A DNA stretch of 64,000 nt from Thecamonas trahens ATCC 50062 (GCF_000142905.1 NW_013657616.1:131174-195173); one strand, 5' to 3'. Shown: positions 35,901 to 46,896, numbered from the stretch's first letter. The notes: generated by a model not told the origin, from the letters alone. Translations and numbers: made by a program.

Positions 35901-38854
35901 TCTTTGTCCGCGATCCGACGAGCTCGGTGGTGCTTGATGGCTGCCAGCTGGTGGGCTCTAGCGCCGGGCGAAGTGGTGGCGGAGTGTACGCGAGCGCCGG
36001 AGCTGCGGTAACTCTCATCTCGACCAACGTGACGAACAACCATGCCATGGCGGGCTCTGGCGGCGGGATGTATGTCGACGCGGCATCGTCTCTGCAGACG
36101 ACAGACTCATGGGTCGAGGGCAACGAGGCTTCGGCCGGCGGCGGTGGGATTTTCATTGAGCTGCCGAGCAGCGACGAAGATAGTGCTGGCGTCTCGAGAG
36201 TGGCATCGAGTGTGGTTGGCAGCAACACGGCGCGTTTTGGCGGCGGAATGGCTCTGTTCTCGCGCAGCGGCGCAGAGGCGGCAGCGCTCGCGCCGGCGTC
36301 TTGGGCGTACCCTGTGCCGGGCGCCGGAGTGGTGGGCAACGTGACGCTGGAGAGCGTGGCGTTTGTGGGCAACTCTGCGCGGCATTATGGCGGAGGCATG
36401 GCGAGCTGCCACCACAGTTCAGCGGTGCAAGTTGTGAAGAGCGGGAGCTGGAGCGGCAACCTGGCGTCGAGCTCGCGGGCGGCGCCTGCGCAGGATCTGT
36501 TTGTGTGCAACAAGTCTGTGGTGGAGATGCTGCCGAGCGGGTTGGGAGCTGGGATCTCGTGGCACGGGCCGCTGCAGCGGCTGGAGTGGGTGGAGAGAGC
36601 ATCGACGGAGTTTGCGTCGGGTCTCCGGCCAAGCGCAAAGATCCGTGGGCTGGGCACGCTCAATCATGTCCATGCGGACGGATTGGTGCGAATTGAGGTG
36701 AGCTACACGGCGGCGACGGATGCGATTCGGACAAACGCTGTGGTGCAGACGACGTTGGCTGCTGCAGATGTGGACTTGCCGCAGACGGTTGTGGCTGTGG
36801 TGACGCCTGCGCTGGATTCGGTGCCGCTTCCTGTTGGGCTCTCTGTGGGCGTGGCGTCATCGGCCAACGTTGCGCAGCTGAGAGCGACGTCTGTAGTGAC
36901 GGCCTGTCCTGCCGAGTTTGGTGCAGTGGACGCAGTTGTGGGCGGCGAGGCGAGCAAGGTTTGCATTCGGTGCGCGGATGGCACGTTTTCGACGGAGTTG
37001 TCGTTTGCGGCGTGCAAGCCTGTGAAGCCGTGTCCCGACACAGCAGTGGATGTGGCACCGAGCGGGACGACTGCGGTGGAGTGCGTGTGCCGGGCCGGGT
37101 TCATGTACGCCGGGCGGTCGGTTGTGGATCCGCTTGTGGACGACATTGTGTGTGTGCCGTGTCCTGCGGGCGGTAAGTGCTTGGGCGGCAACGGGCGACC
37201 CGAACCGCTGCCCGAGTTTTTCGCTACGGGCAACGCGTCGTTTGTGCGATGCAAGCGGCCGTCCGCGTGTCCCGGCGGGGTTGCGCGGGCGTGTGCGGTC
37301 GGACATGACGGGTACATGTGCAACGTGTGCAAGAAGGGGTACTACTCGAACTCTGCGCGCGAGTGTGTGGCGTGTCCGTCGGGCGCGTCGGGCATTCTCT
37401 CGGGCGGGCTGGTGGTCCTGCTTGCGGCGGTTGCGGCAGTGGCGGTCGGTGTTGGACTCTCTGTGGCCAAGTCGCGGGAGATGGTTGGAGGCGGGGCGGC
37501 GATGGGCGGGGCGGGCGGCGACATCGAGGGCGGAGGAGGCGAGGTCGAAGCCAAAGAGGCGTCCGAGACAGAGAAGGCCAAGGCTGCGCTTCCGCGGACG
37601 GAGCGACTGCGTATGCGGAGCGTGCCGCCGTCGATCTCGATGGTCCTGGTTGTGTTCCAGGTCATCGGGCTGCTTGCGGACGTGCCGTTTGCGTGGTCGT
37701 CGTCTGCCGAGTCAACGATGGGGACGTTCAACGTGGCCAACATCGACGTCAACTTGTTTGCGTCCGAGTGTGCGCTGGAGAACTTCCAGACCAAGTACGT
37801 GGTGAGTGTACTGTTGCCGCTCGGGCTGATGTGTGTGGCGTGCGGCGGCGTGATCCTGCTGCGTGGGCTGGTGAAGGGCGGGTGGATGCCTGGCGGGTTT
37901 GCAGCGCTGGGCGAGGCAAGCATCAAGACGGTGCTTGACGCGGCGGTGTTTGCGGTTGCACCTCTGCTGTACATTCCGCTTGCGCGGGCGACGTTTGTGC
38001 TCTTTGACTGCACGCGCTTGCCGAATGGGACGATTGTGCTCGATGTCGATCCAGGCGTGGAGTGCTTTGACAGCACGTGGTGGGGCGTGGCGCCCGTGGG
38101 CTTCTTGGGCCTCGGGTTGTTTGTGATGGGCGTACCGGGCTACTTTCTGGTGTGCCTGATGTCGCACGCGGACGATTTGCTTAATCCGAGCACGTTTGCG
38201 CGGTACGGCGGGCTGTACAAGCTCTACCGTGTCTCGCACTATTGGGGTGGGGTGGTTGATCTCGGCAAGCGTCTTGTCGTGGTGGCTGTGGCTACGTTTG
38301 CCTCTGAGCACCAGCTGGTGCTCATCGGCGTGCTCATGGCGGTGTTTTTGGCCTCGATGCTCTGGGTCTCGTCGGCGGCGCCGTTCTACTTTCCGCTGTA
38401 CAACAAGCTCGACATGCGGCTGACGCTCGTTCTGGTGGCGATCCTCGTGCTCGGCGGAGCGTCGTACGCGGAGCGGCACACGGGGAGCTCGCAGTCAGAC
38501 CAGGTCATTCTCGGCGTGCTGGTGGCGACGCTCGTGGTACTCGCGGTGGTGGCGGTCCATGCAGTGGCAACAGACCTGATGCAGATCCGCAAGGCGCGCA
38601 AGGCGCGGTACTCGGCGTTTGGCGAGCGGCAGCAGCGGATGGTAGCACAGCTGAAGCGGGAGGCACTCGAAGCCACCGGCGAGGAGAGCGTGGCGATCGA
38701 CGCGGCGCTCACAGCGCTCCGGCAACGGCAGCATGCCGGATGGAGCCCATCCGCATCGCGGATCGAGCCTGCATTCAAGCCAGCGGTCGTGTTGGATGGC
38801 GACGCGGCAGCATCGGGCTCGAGCCCATCGCCGGTGAGAGCATGGGCATGCTGA
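32935..38854 (+). CDS. Second FG-GAP/beta-helix/Cys-rich/multi-TM receptor (start probably in the gap; frameshift ~35191)
   Basis: ADFDGD/DVDLDGD repeats; GGG-V/M repeats; Cys-rich stalk; TM region paralogous to 9521-15257; ORFs 32268-35291 and 35135-38854 join by one added C. Confidence 0.85.
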
Positions 38855-39065
38855 ATGGGTCCGACTCGGCTACGTCGAGTCACTCGACGAGCTCGAGTTA
38901 AGTGAACGAAAGATCGATAGTCGATGAATTATGGTGGGTAGCGATGGGGCGGAGGGGAGGGCGCGGGAGGGGGGAGAGGGGGGGCAGCGGGCGGCCGTCG
39001 TTCGTTGGCTGGCAACGGTCACGCCACGCCAGTCAGCCATACTCGTCTTCACCGGCCAACCGACA

Positions 39066-40518
39066 ATGATGCGGCGGTCAAAGCTGAAGGTGCAGAGCAT
39101 GGTGACGACACAGGCAGAGTGGGAGGAGGCCTTGACCTTTGATGGTCTTCTTGGTATGTGACTCGAGAAGGACCGCAGGCGTGCACTTGGGAGAGGCAAC
39201 CGGTTGGCCGCGCGTGGTCGTGGTCGTGGTTGGTCGACAGGGCGGGCGGGGGCGGGCGTGGGTGACTCGGACGAGTGAGCGGGCGGAATGGTGGGTGAGC
39301 GAGCGGTGGATTCGTGGAGCGGCGCGACGAAATTTTTGTAATTTTAGTGGCTGGCGGCGTGGCTCGGCGAATGGCGGAGCGCACCAGAAAAGAAAAAGAA
39401 GAGGTACTGGGACACAGGGTAGACTCATGGAGCAAGAGTGTGTTTTGATGGAAGTGGTGGATGTTGCTGGATGGGCTGGACCGTGCGGGGCGCTGGAGCG
39501 GACGTATCGCAAGCTGTTTGTGGATCTGGGTAATGAGGGTGTGCGGTTTGTGACGGCGATGGCGAGCGGCATTGAGGAGCTTGCCGAGTTTGAGTCGCAG
39601 TCGCAGCCGACGGTGCTGATGTTCAAGCGCGGGCGGCAGTTTGCGACGATCCGTGGAGCACGGGCGGCCGAGGTGGAGGAGACGGTCGAGGTGTACCAGC
39701 CCAAGGAAGGCGATGCCGATGTGGAGCCCGAGTACGGTGCGCCGCACCTCTCGCTGCGGCAGCAGGCCGAGGCCAAGCAGCTTGCTGAGGCTGCCAAGAA
39801 CGCACCGGTGGTGGTGGTGGCGGACGAAGACGAGGAGGAAGCCAAGGCACATGCAGCAGCGACCAAGATCCAGGCCGTCTTCCGCGGGCACAAGGTCCGG
39901 ACTGGGGCGGAGCCGCTGGACGGCGACGCGTTGGTGGGATCGGCGGCAGGAGCAGCGGTCGTGCCGGGCACTGATAGCGCGGACGCGGGTGGCGAGGACG
40001 AGGCTGAGGGTGAGGCCGCGGCGGTGGGAGCAGATGCAGGCGCAGCAGGCGGCGAGAACGCGGAGCCCAACGCCGAGGCCGGCGAGGCGAGCGAGGCGAA
40101 CGGGCTGAGCGCGAGTGAGGCGCGGGCCTTCCTCAGCAGCGCCAAGCCGATGCTCGGGCTTGTGGCCAACGACAAGACCAAGCAGGTGCTGGTGACGGAC
40201 GTCAAGGCGGGGTCGCCAGCCGAGGCGGCCGGGATTGTGGTGGGCGACATCATCGAGGGAGTGGGCGGCAAGGCGGTGAAGTCGATGAAGGCGCTCTCGG
40301 CTTCGTTCCGGTTTGTCTTCCCCGGCGCCGTGACCAAGTTCCGCATTCTCCGCAAGTCCGAGGCAGGGCGGACGCACGTGGTGACCAAGGGCAAGCGACT
40401 GGCCATGCCTGTTGTCATCGGGGCCAAGGGGCTGAAGATGCCTGAGCTGGACGAGTATGTCGCCGCAGCCGGGAGCGAGTGGGTGCGGGAGCAGGCTGCC
40501 ATCCGTGCGCGTGGGTAA
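39066..40518 (+). CDS. NME8/outer-arm-dynein-type thioredoxin domain + IQ motif + PDZ-like domain, join(39066..39153,39455..40518)
   Basis: Exon 1 MMRRSKLKVQSMVTTQAEWEEAL resembles the NME8/9 N-terminus; GTATGT donor at 39154 and AAG acceptor ending 39454 give LLVVDVAGWAGPC; IQ AATKIQAVFRGHKVR; PDZ-like VTDVKAGSPAEAAGIVVGDII. Confidence 0.75.
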
Positions 40519-40762
40519 ACTTGACTTTGACGTGGCTGTGGCTGTGGCTGTGGCTGTGTGTGGGGGGTGTTGGGGTGCAGGGGATAAAATTTGTAGCTGT
40601 GATGGGGGACCACCCCCCATCTACACATGTCGTTGCAGGTCACGGGGGGGGGGGAGGGAGGAGGTGGCCGATCGTGGGAGGAGGGGGGGAGGGGAGAGGG
40701 GGGGGGGGCAGCAGGGGCAAGGCGGACGCGGGAAGACAGACTTGTCGGCGAGCCGAGTGAGT

Positions 40763-41896
40763 ATGGGTATGGGCATGTTTGCTTGTGTGTGTATGGTGGT
40801 TGTCTGGCTTGTGTGCGTATGCCTCCCCGTGGACGGGTTTTGGGGAGAGGGACACATGCTGGTGGCGACGGTGGCCGAGTTGAGCATGACGGGAGATACG
40901 CTGAGCAAGGCACAGGGAGTGGTGGGAGGAGCATCGGCATTGTTTGACAAGACACCATCGTTTGTGGCATCATCTGTTTGGATGGATGAAATCAAGGGCT
41001 CAAGCAAGGCCTTTCATGAATGGCACTACATCACGTTGCCGTACAATCCGAGCTCGTTTGAACCGGTGCCGGCGACACCGGTGCCGAATGCGGTGACGGC
41101 TCTGGCGGATGCTCTTGCTACTCTGAGCAAGGCATCAGCAGATCGTTGGACGCTTGCCTTTGCTATGAGAGTCCTTACTCATATCGTCGGTGATTTGCAT
41201 CAGCCTTGTCACTGCTGCTCGCTCTTCTCGGCTACTTTCCCCGATGGCGATCGTGGCGGCAACTCGTTCTCGGTGCAGTACGATGGCAAGACGACCAATC
41301 TGCACTCGCTCTTTGACTCGGTCTTTTACTCGTACGACACGTCGTACTCGCTTCCGCTCTCAGAGGCTGACCTCAAGACGCTCGAGGGCAAGGCGCAGGA
41401 GCTCATCGAGACCTGGCAGCCGACGCTGACCATCAACGAGCTCGACGAGCTCGATCCTGCCGTCTGGGCGCCTGTCTGCCACGACAACGCCGTCAAGTAC
41501 GCGTACCTCAACGGGTCGATTGTGCCCGGTGACGAGTACCCGGAAGCGGCGGCCAAGAACGCGGTCGACTTTTTGCACCGCAACATTGTGCTAGGCGGGA
41601 TGCGGCTTGCGCGGATCCTCGACCAGAAGATGGCCATGCACAGCCTGCCGCCGCCACCGCCGCCACCGTCGCCGCCGCCGCCGTCGCCGGCGCTTCCACC
41701 GCCACCGCCGTCGCCCATCGCGCCGGTCCCACCGCCCCCCAAGGCCTCCACTGTCTCGGTCGCCTTGTTCTCTGTCGGCGTCATCGCTGCGCTTATCTTT
41801 GGCGTTGTCGGCGGCATCCTCGGCTTTGTCACCATCTCCGCCCGTCGGGCCGCCTACGCGCAGCTCTCCGACGCCACGCCGTTGACGGCCACCTGA
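40763..41896 (+). CDS. S1/P1 (class I) nuclease with Pro-rich stalk and C-terminal TM anchor
   Basis: Signal peptide then FWGEGH; WMDEIK; WHY; HIVGDLHQPCH; GDRGGN; NLHSLFD; GGMRLA; TM helix and YAQL tail. Confidence 0.9.
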   Translation: MGMGMFACVCMVVVWLVCVCLPVDGFWGEGHMLVATVAELSMTGDTLSKAQGVVGGASALFDKTPSFVASSVWMDEIKGSSKAFHEWHYITLPYNPSSFEPVPATPVPNAVTALADALATLSKASADRWTLAFAMRVLTHIVGDLHQPCHCCSLFSATFPDGDRGGNSFSVQYDGKTTNLHSLFDSVFYSYDTSYSLPLSEADLKTLEGKAQELIETWQPTLTINELDELDPAVWAPVCHDNAVKYAYLNGSIVPGDEYPEAAAKNAVDFLHRNIVLGGMRLARILDQKMAMHSLPPPPPPPSPPPPSPALPPPPPSPIAPVPPPPKASTVSVALFSVGVIAALIFGVVGGILGFVTISARRAAYAQLSDATPLTAT

Positions 41897-42030
41897 TGGG
41901 TAAAAGCGGACCAGTTTGGTAGGATCGGGTGTGATGACGATGGTGATGGGGGAGGCGGGAGATCGGGGGTGACTGTGGTTTTGGCGAACGTGTCGCACAT
42001 ACACTCACGTGACTTTACCAACCATCAGCA

Positions 42031-44167
42031 ATGCAGGTTGTGCTTGTTGTTATGGTTGCGCTTTGCGCCATTGCCAGTGCCACAGCTGTGCACAAGACGC
42101 CCATGGCTCCGCCCGAGCAGGTACGTTTGATGTCAGCGGTATTGGTGGTGGTGGTGGTGGTGGTGGTGGTGGTGGTGGTGGTGGTGGTGGTGGTGGTGGT
42201 TGGTTGGGCACTTTGGGAGCATGCAAACAAATTGCTGTCTTCCGCATATGCGACTCTTGGTGGTGGTGGTGGTGGTGTAGGGTGGTGGTGGCATGGTCTT
42301 GGTGGCTCTTGGTGGGGGTGTGTAGCGGTAGAGGTTGGGGGGGGCTAGGGGGATTGTTCGTGGGGAACGATTATTTGAATGATGATTAATTGGTGGCAAT
42401 GATGTTGACGATGACTTATTGATGATGCGGAACGAAATTGTGAACGATGATTAATCGATGGCGGCGGGGGGGGGGGACGATTATGTGAACGATGATTAAT
42501 CGATGGCGGCGGCGGGGGGGGGGGACGATTATGTGAACGATGTTTGCGGGACGGCGACGCGGGACGGGCTAACAGTACTACGTTGAGCTCGAGGTGACGA
42601 TGCCGACGTTCCCGATCGCCAAGGAGAAGATCGAGATCTGGTATGACGGCAAGAGCGGCAACGAGTACGTGTCGTACGACGACGACCTCGACGCCAACGT
42701 GTTCATCACCCAGGACGGCCACCAGCGTGCGTACCAGATCTCGCCGCAGGGCACTTCTGCCGACGACGTCAAGTACACGTGCATCACGTCGGGCATCAAC
42801 CTCTCGCCGTTCATGTTCTCGGCCTTCCCGTACCAGCTGGAGAAGTTTGCGTACAAGCGGACCGAGTCGCTGGGAGGTGTGTCGGCTGACGTCTTTGTCT
42901 TTAACGACCCGCCGGCCGGCTTCCCCGACGCCATCAACAACATGACGTACTGGGCCGACGCGTCAACTGGCGCGCCGCTCAAGTACGAGGTCATGGGCTA
43001 CTACGGCCAGGCCGAGAACTACCTCAACGGGCCCAACTACGACTACTTTGTGACGACGTTCTCCAACTACAAGCCCAACTACGTCAACGCGTCCAAGTTT
43101 GCCCTCCCCAAGATCTGCGCCGCCGACTCGGTCGTCGTCTCGCCGTCAGTCGCCTCGCCGCGCATGGTCGCCTCGCGCTTCCACCTCGCTGCCGTCGACT
43201 CGCACGACATGCTTGTCGAGTACAAGGCCGCGGCCGGGCGGTCGTACGCGCACGACTCTGAGGAGCATGTGGCGCGCAAGGCCTCGTTTGCGCGCAACCT
43301 CGCGCAGATCCACCTCCTCAACAACGAGCACAACACGGCGCGGTTCGGGCTCGGCAACTTTGGCGACTACCACGCCGACGAGCTCAAGGCGCTCCGCATG
43401 CCGGCGACCAAGCGCGGCACGCTCGACGCCGACGCCATTGTGTACAAGCCCAAGACCAAGTCCATCGCCGAGCTGCCCAAGGCCGTCGACTGGCGGACCA
43501 AGGGCGCGGTTGGCCCGCTCAAGGAGCAGGGCCTTGTGGGCACTTGCTGGTCGTTCGGCTCGGCCGAGGCCCTCGCCACGGCGTTCTTCCTCAAGCACGG
43601 CCTGCAGGACGGCAAGTTTGTGCAGTTCTCGGAGCAGGCTCTCATCGACTGCTCGTGGGCGTACGGCAACCAGGGCGTGAACGGCGGAACTGCCAAGGGT
43701 GCGTACAAGTACGTCGAGGCCGCCGGCGGCCTGCCGACCGAGGACGACTACCCGTACCTCATGAACGACGGCATCTGCCACAACAAGGGCCCGTGGAACC
43801 TCACCATGTCGCACCACGAGGACATCACGCCGTTTGACCTCCACGCCACCCTCGACGCCGTCGCCAACCACGGCGGCCTCGCCATTGCCGTCGACACCAC
43901 CCCGGCCGTGTGGACCTGGTACCACTCGGGCGTCGTCTCGGTCAAGGGCTGCAACCCGGTCTCGCTCGATCACGAGATCATGCTCGTCGGCTACGAGATC
44001 CAGGACGACCCGCTCAACCCGGTCTTCATCGTCCGCAACTCGTGGTCCCGCGAATGGGCACCTACACCGCCAACGCCCGCAACGCCGACGGCGGTGGCTA
44101 CATGTACATCACCCACGACTCGCACTGCGGCGTCACCACCTCGGCCGTCCTGCCGTTTGTCAACTAA
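42031..44167 (+). CDS. Papain-family cysteine protease of the CfaD / 26-29 kDa proteinase type, join(42031..42120,42576..44167), frameshift ~44058
   Basis: Signal exon with GTACGT donor at 42121 and GCTAACAG acceptor; N-terminal extension; I29-like prodomain (GNFGD); catalytic QGLVGTCW, DHEIMLVGY and RNSW; one added G restores WG...GYMYI...CGV. Confidence 0.92.
42142..42200. repeat. Intronic (GGT)n microsatellite
   Basis: Read directly from the sequence. Confidence 0.95.
42439..42542. repeat. Intronic ~45-48-nt repeat TGTGAACGATGATTAATCGATGGCGGCG-polyG
   Basis: Two copies plus a partial (42439, 42484, ~42532). Confidence 0.85.
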
Positions 44168-44195
44168 GCTGTAAATGACCGCATCTTTTGTGTTG

Positions 44196-45014
44196 TCACT
44201 GTGCCGACGGCCGCAGCGGTGCGGCCGCGAGGGGCGAGGCCGCGAGTGGCGACGACGGCTCGGACGGCACGACGAGGTCGTCGGGTGGGAAGCGCCAGTC
44301 GAGGCTGCGGAAAGCCATCTGGACGCGGGTGCCGACGCCGCGGAGCGAGAGGCCCGGCACATGCGGCTGCGCATGCAGCATCGCCGCCAAAGACGCCACC
44401 TCGGCGCCGTTGATGCTAAAGGTGACAACCGTGTCGCCGTCGCCGTCGTCGACGCCGCGGGCGAGGCGGACGCCGATGACATCGCCTGCCGTCAGCGGAA
44501 GGTCGACAGCCTCGGGCAGTCGGGTGAACACCCCGCTGTCGACCAGGTGTCCCGTCGAGAGGAGGCCGAGGCCGGCGTTGGGCGCGCCGACCGAGGTCTT
44601 CCACGGCGCGCTCTGCGGGACAACGCCGAGGCACACGCCGCCGTCCGGCGGCAGCGTCAAGATGAGCGCCTCAAAGTACTCGATCGGCGCCAAAGCACGC
44701 TCGGCCAAGCCCGCATCAGCGCCGGCACAGCTTTCGGCTCCGCCCGTCTCGCCGCCAGCTACACTGGCCGAGCCTTTGAGCAGGCGATGGCGGCCGACGG
44801 TCTTTCGCGTTGCGCAGAGCGAGTTGCAGGTGACATCAAAGTCACCAGCTACATCGTCGGCCAGCAGCGAGCACGGGTCATCGCCGCAGACGGCTGCCCG
44901 AGCCGAAAATAGCAGTTCCGCGACGGCCGAGGGCGAGGCGGCAGTGGCTTCGGGCGGAGTGCGTATTGCAACAGTGTGTTCCGGAGACTGTGACAACGCA
45001 CACATTCTTGGCAT
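44196..45014 (-). CDS. SPRY/B30.2-domain protein
   Basis: EYFEA...VCLGV...GDVIGVRL...VTFSING pattern of SPRY domains. Confidence 0.7.
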   Translation of the reverse strand: MPRMCALSQSPEHTVAIRTPPEATAASPSAVAELLFSARAAVCGDDPCSLLADDVAGDFDVTCNSLCATRKTVGRHRLLKGSASVAGGETGGAESCAGADAGLAERALAPIEYFEALILTLPPDGGVCLGVVPQSAPWKTSVGAPNAGLGLLSTGHLVDSGVFTRLPEAVDLPLTAGDVIGVRLARGVDDGDGDTVVTFSINGAEVASLAAMLHAQPHVPGLSLRGVGTRVQMAFRSLDWRFPPDDLVVPSEPSSPLAASPLAAAPLRPSAQ

Positions 45015-45157
45015 GGTTAGATAGCTGAGAGTGTGAGCTCTCGACCGAGGTGAGAGTTGAGGTTGGGAGAAGAGAGTGCGAGGAGAGCGGGTGAGTTGAG
45101 TGTGGCCCGAGTCCGTTGGCGTGGTTTGCGGTGTGTTCATGACTGGTTATTGAAGGG

Positions 45158-45975
45158 TGATGGTGATGGTGATGGTGATGGTGATGGTGATGGTGATGGT
45201 GATGGTTATTGATGGTGATGGTGATGGTGATGGTGATGGTGATGGTGATGGTGATGGTTATTGATGGTGATGGTGATGGTGATGGTTATCGATGGTGATG
45301 GTGATGGTGATGGTGATGGTGGTGGTGGTGATGGTGATGGTGATGGTGATGGTGATGGTGATGGTGATGGTGATGGTGGTGGTGGTGATGGTGATGGTGA
45401 TGGTGATGGTGATGGTTATTGATGGTGATGGTGATGGTGATGGTGATGGTTATTGATGGTGATGGTGATGGTGATGGTGATGGTTATTGATGGTGATGGT
45501 GATGGTGATGGTGATGGTGATGGTGATGGTGATGGTGATGGTGATGGTTATTGATGGTGATGGTGGTGGTGATGNNNNNNNNNNNNNNNNNNNNNNNNNN
45601 NNNNNNNNNNNNNNNNNNNNNNNNNNNNNNNNNNNNNNNNNNNNNNNNNNNNNNNNNNNNNNNNNNNNNNNNNNGTGATGGTTATTGATGGTGATGGTGA
45701 TGGTGATGGTGATGGTGATGGTGATGGTGATGGTTATTGATGGTGATGGTGATGGTGATGGTGATGGTGATGGTTATTGCTGGTGATGGTGATGGTGATG
45801 GTGATGGTTATTGATGGTGATGGTGATGGTGATGGTTATTGATGGTGATGGTGATGGTGATGGTGATGGTGATGGTGATGGTGATGGTGATGGTGATGGT
45901 GATGGTGATGGTGATGGTGATGGTGATGGTGATGGTTATTGATGGTGATGGTGATGGTTATTGATGGTGATGGTC
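45158..45975. repeat. Long (GATGGT)n microsatellite interrupted by TATT units, spanning an N-gap
   Basis: Read directly from the sequence; gap at 45575-45674. Confidence 0.97.
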
Positions 45976-46317
45976 ATTGATGGCTAGCCATGATCATCAT
46001 GGGAATAGCTGGGCGTGGGTATCGTTGTCGCCAGCACTGTCCCCATCCCACAGTCTCTCATACTTTTTCATATCCATCTCTTCTCCGTCGCTGTTTCAAT
46101 CAAATCGCTGCACCGCTCTTCCTTCTATTCGCGTGCGCGGATGAGGCGGCGACGGTGGCGGCGACGACGGCAGCCACTGCTTTTGTTTTTCAGCCACCTG
46201 ATCAAAACCCGTCACTGCTGCCCCACTACACACGCCATCAACACTCGCCACACAACCAACAACAAGTTAGCTACTCGCCAGCCGCCTGGTACAACACGCA
46301 TCACATCTCAAGCAAGG

Positions 46318-46896
46318 ATGTTTGACGCAATCACCCGCATGTTCAGCTCTTTTAAGCTCAAGATCGGCAAGCTGTTCAACACGTCGTGGGGCGTTCGCAA
46401 CGCGCGCATCACCATGATCGGCCTCGATGCCGCCGGAAAGTCAACCATGCTGTACAAGCTCCGGCTCGGCGAGATCGTGTCAACCATCCCGACCATTGGC
46501 TTTAACGTGGAGACCATCGAGTTCAAGGGCGTCTGCTTCAACTGCTGGGACGTCGGAGGTCAGGACAAGATCCGCCGCCTCTGGCGGCACTACTTCAGCG
46601 GGCTTGACGGTCTCATCTTCGTCATTGACGCCAACGACCGCGATCGGCTCTCCGAGGCCCGCGATGAGCTCAACAGCGTGCTCGCTGCGCCCGAGCTCGC
46701 AGGCGTCCCGCTCCTTGTCATGGCCAACAAGATGGATCTGCCGTACGCGCTGTCCGTCCGCGACATCACCGACGCGCTTGGCCTCGTCGGTGAGAGCCGC
46801 GCCTGGCACATTCAGGGCACATCTTGCCTCTCCGGCGATGGCCTGTACGAGGGCCTCGACTGGCTCCGCACTGCCCCCTTCGGCGTTGTCTCTTGA
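46318..46896 (+). CDS. ARF-family small GTPase lacking Gly2
   Basis: GLDAAGKST; PTIGFNVE; [17 protein letters not shown]; ANKMD; [11 protein letters not shown]. Confidence 0.93.
   Translation: MFDAITRMFSSFKLKIGKLFNTSWGVRNARITMIGLDAAGKSTMLYKLRLGEIVSTIPTIGFNVETIEFKGVCFNCWDVGGQDKIRRLWRHYFSGLDGLIFVIDANDRDRLSEARDELNSVLAAPELAGVPLLVMANKMDLPYALSVRDITDALGLVGESRAWHIQGTSCLSGDGLYEGLDWLRTAPFGVVS

Noticed and set aside
39049-40973. Long antisense ORFs (523 and 631 aa), and similar ones such as 7069-8574, 18574-20238 and 26474-27469
   Set aside because: Shadow ORFs opposite well-supported genes, expected at high GC3; no recognisable motifs.
45158-45975. Coding poly-(MV), (DG) or (HH) protein, or a telomere
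   Set aside because: Internal simple repeat between divergent genes, with frame-breaking TATT interruptions.
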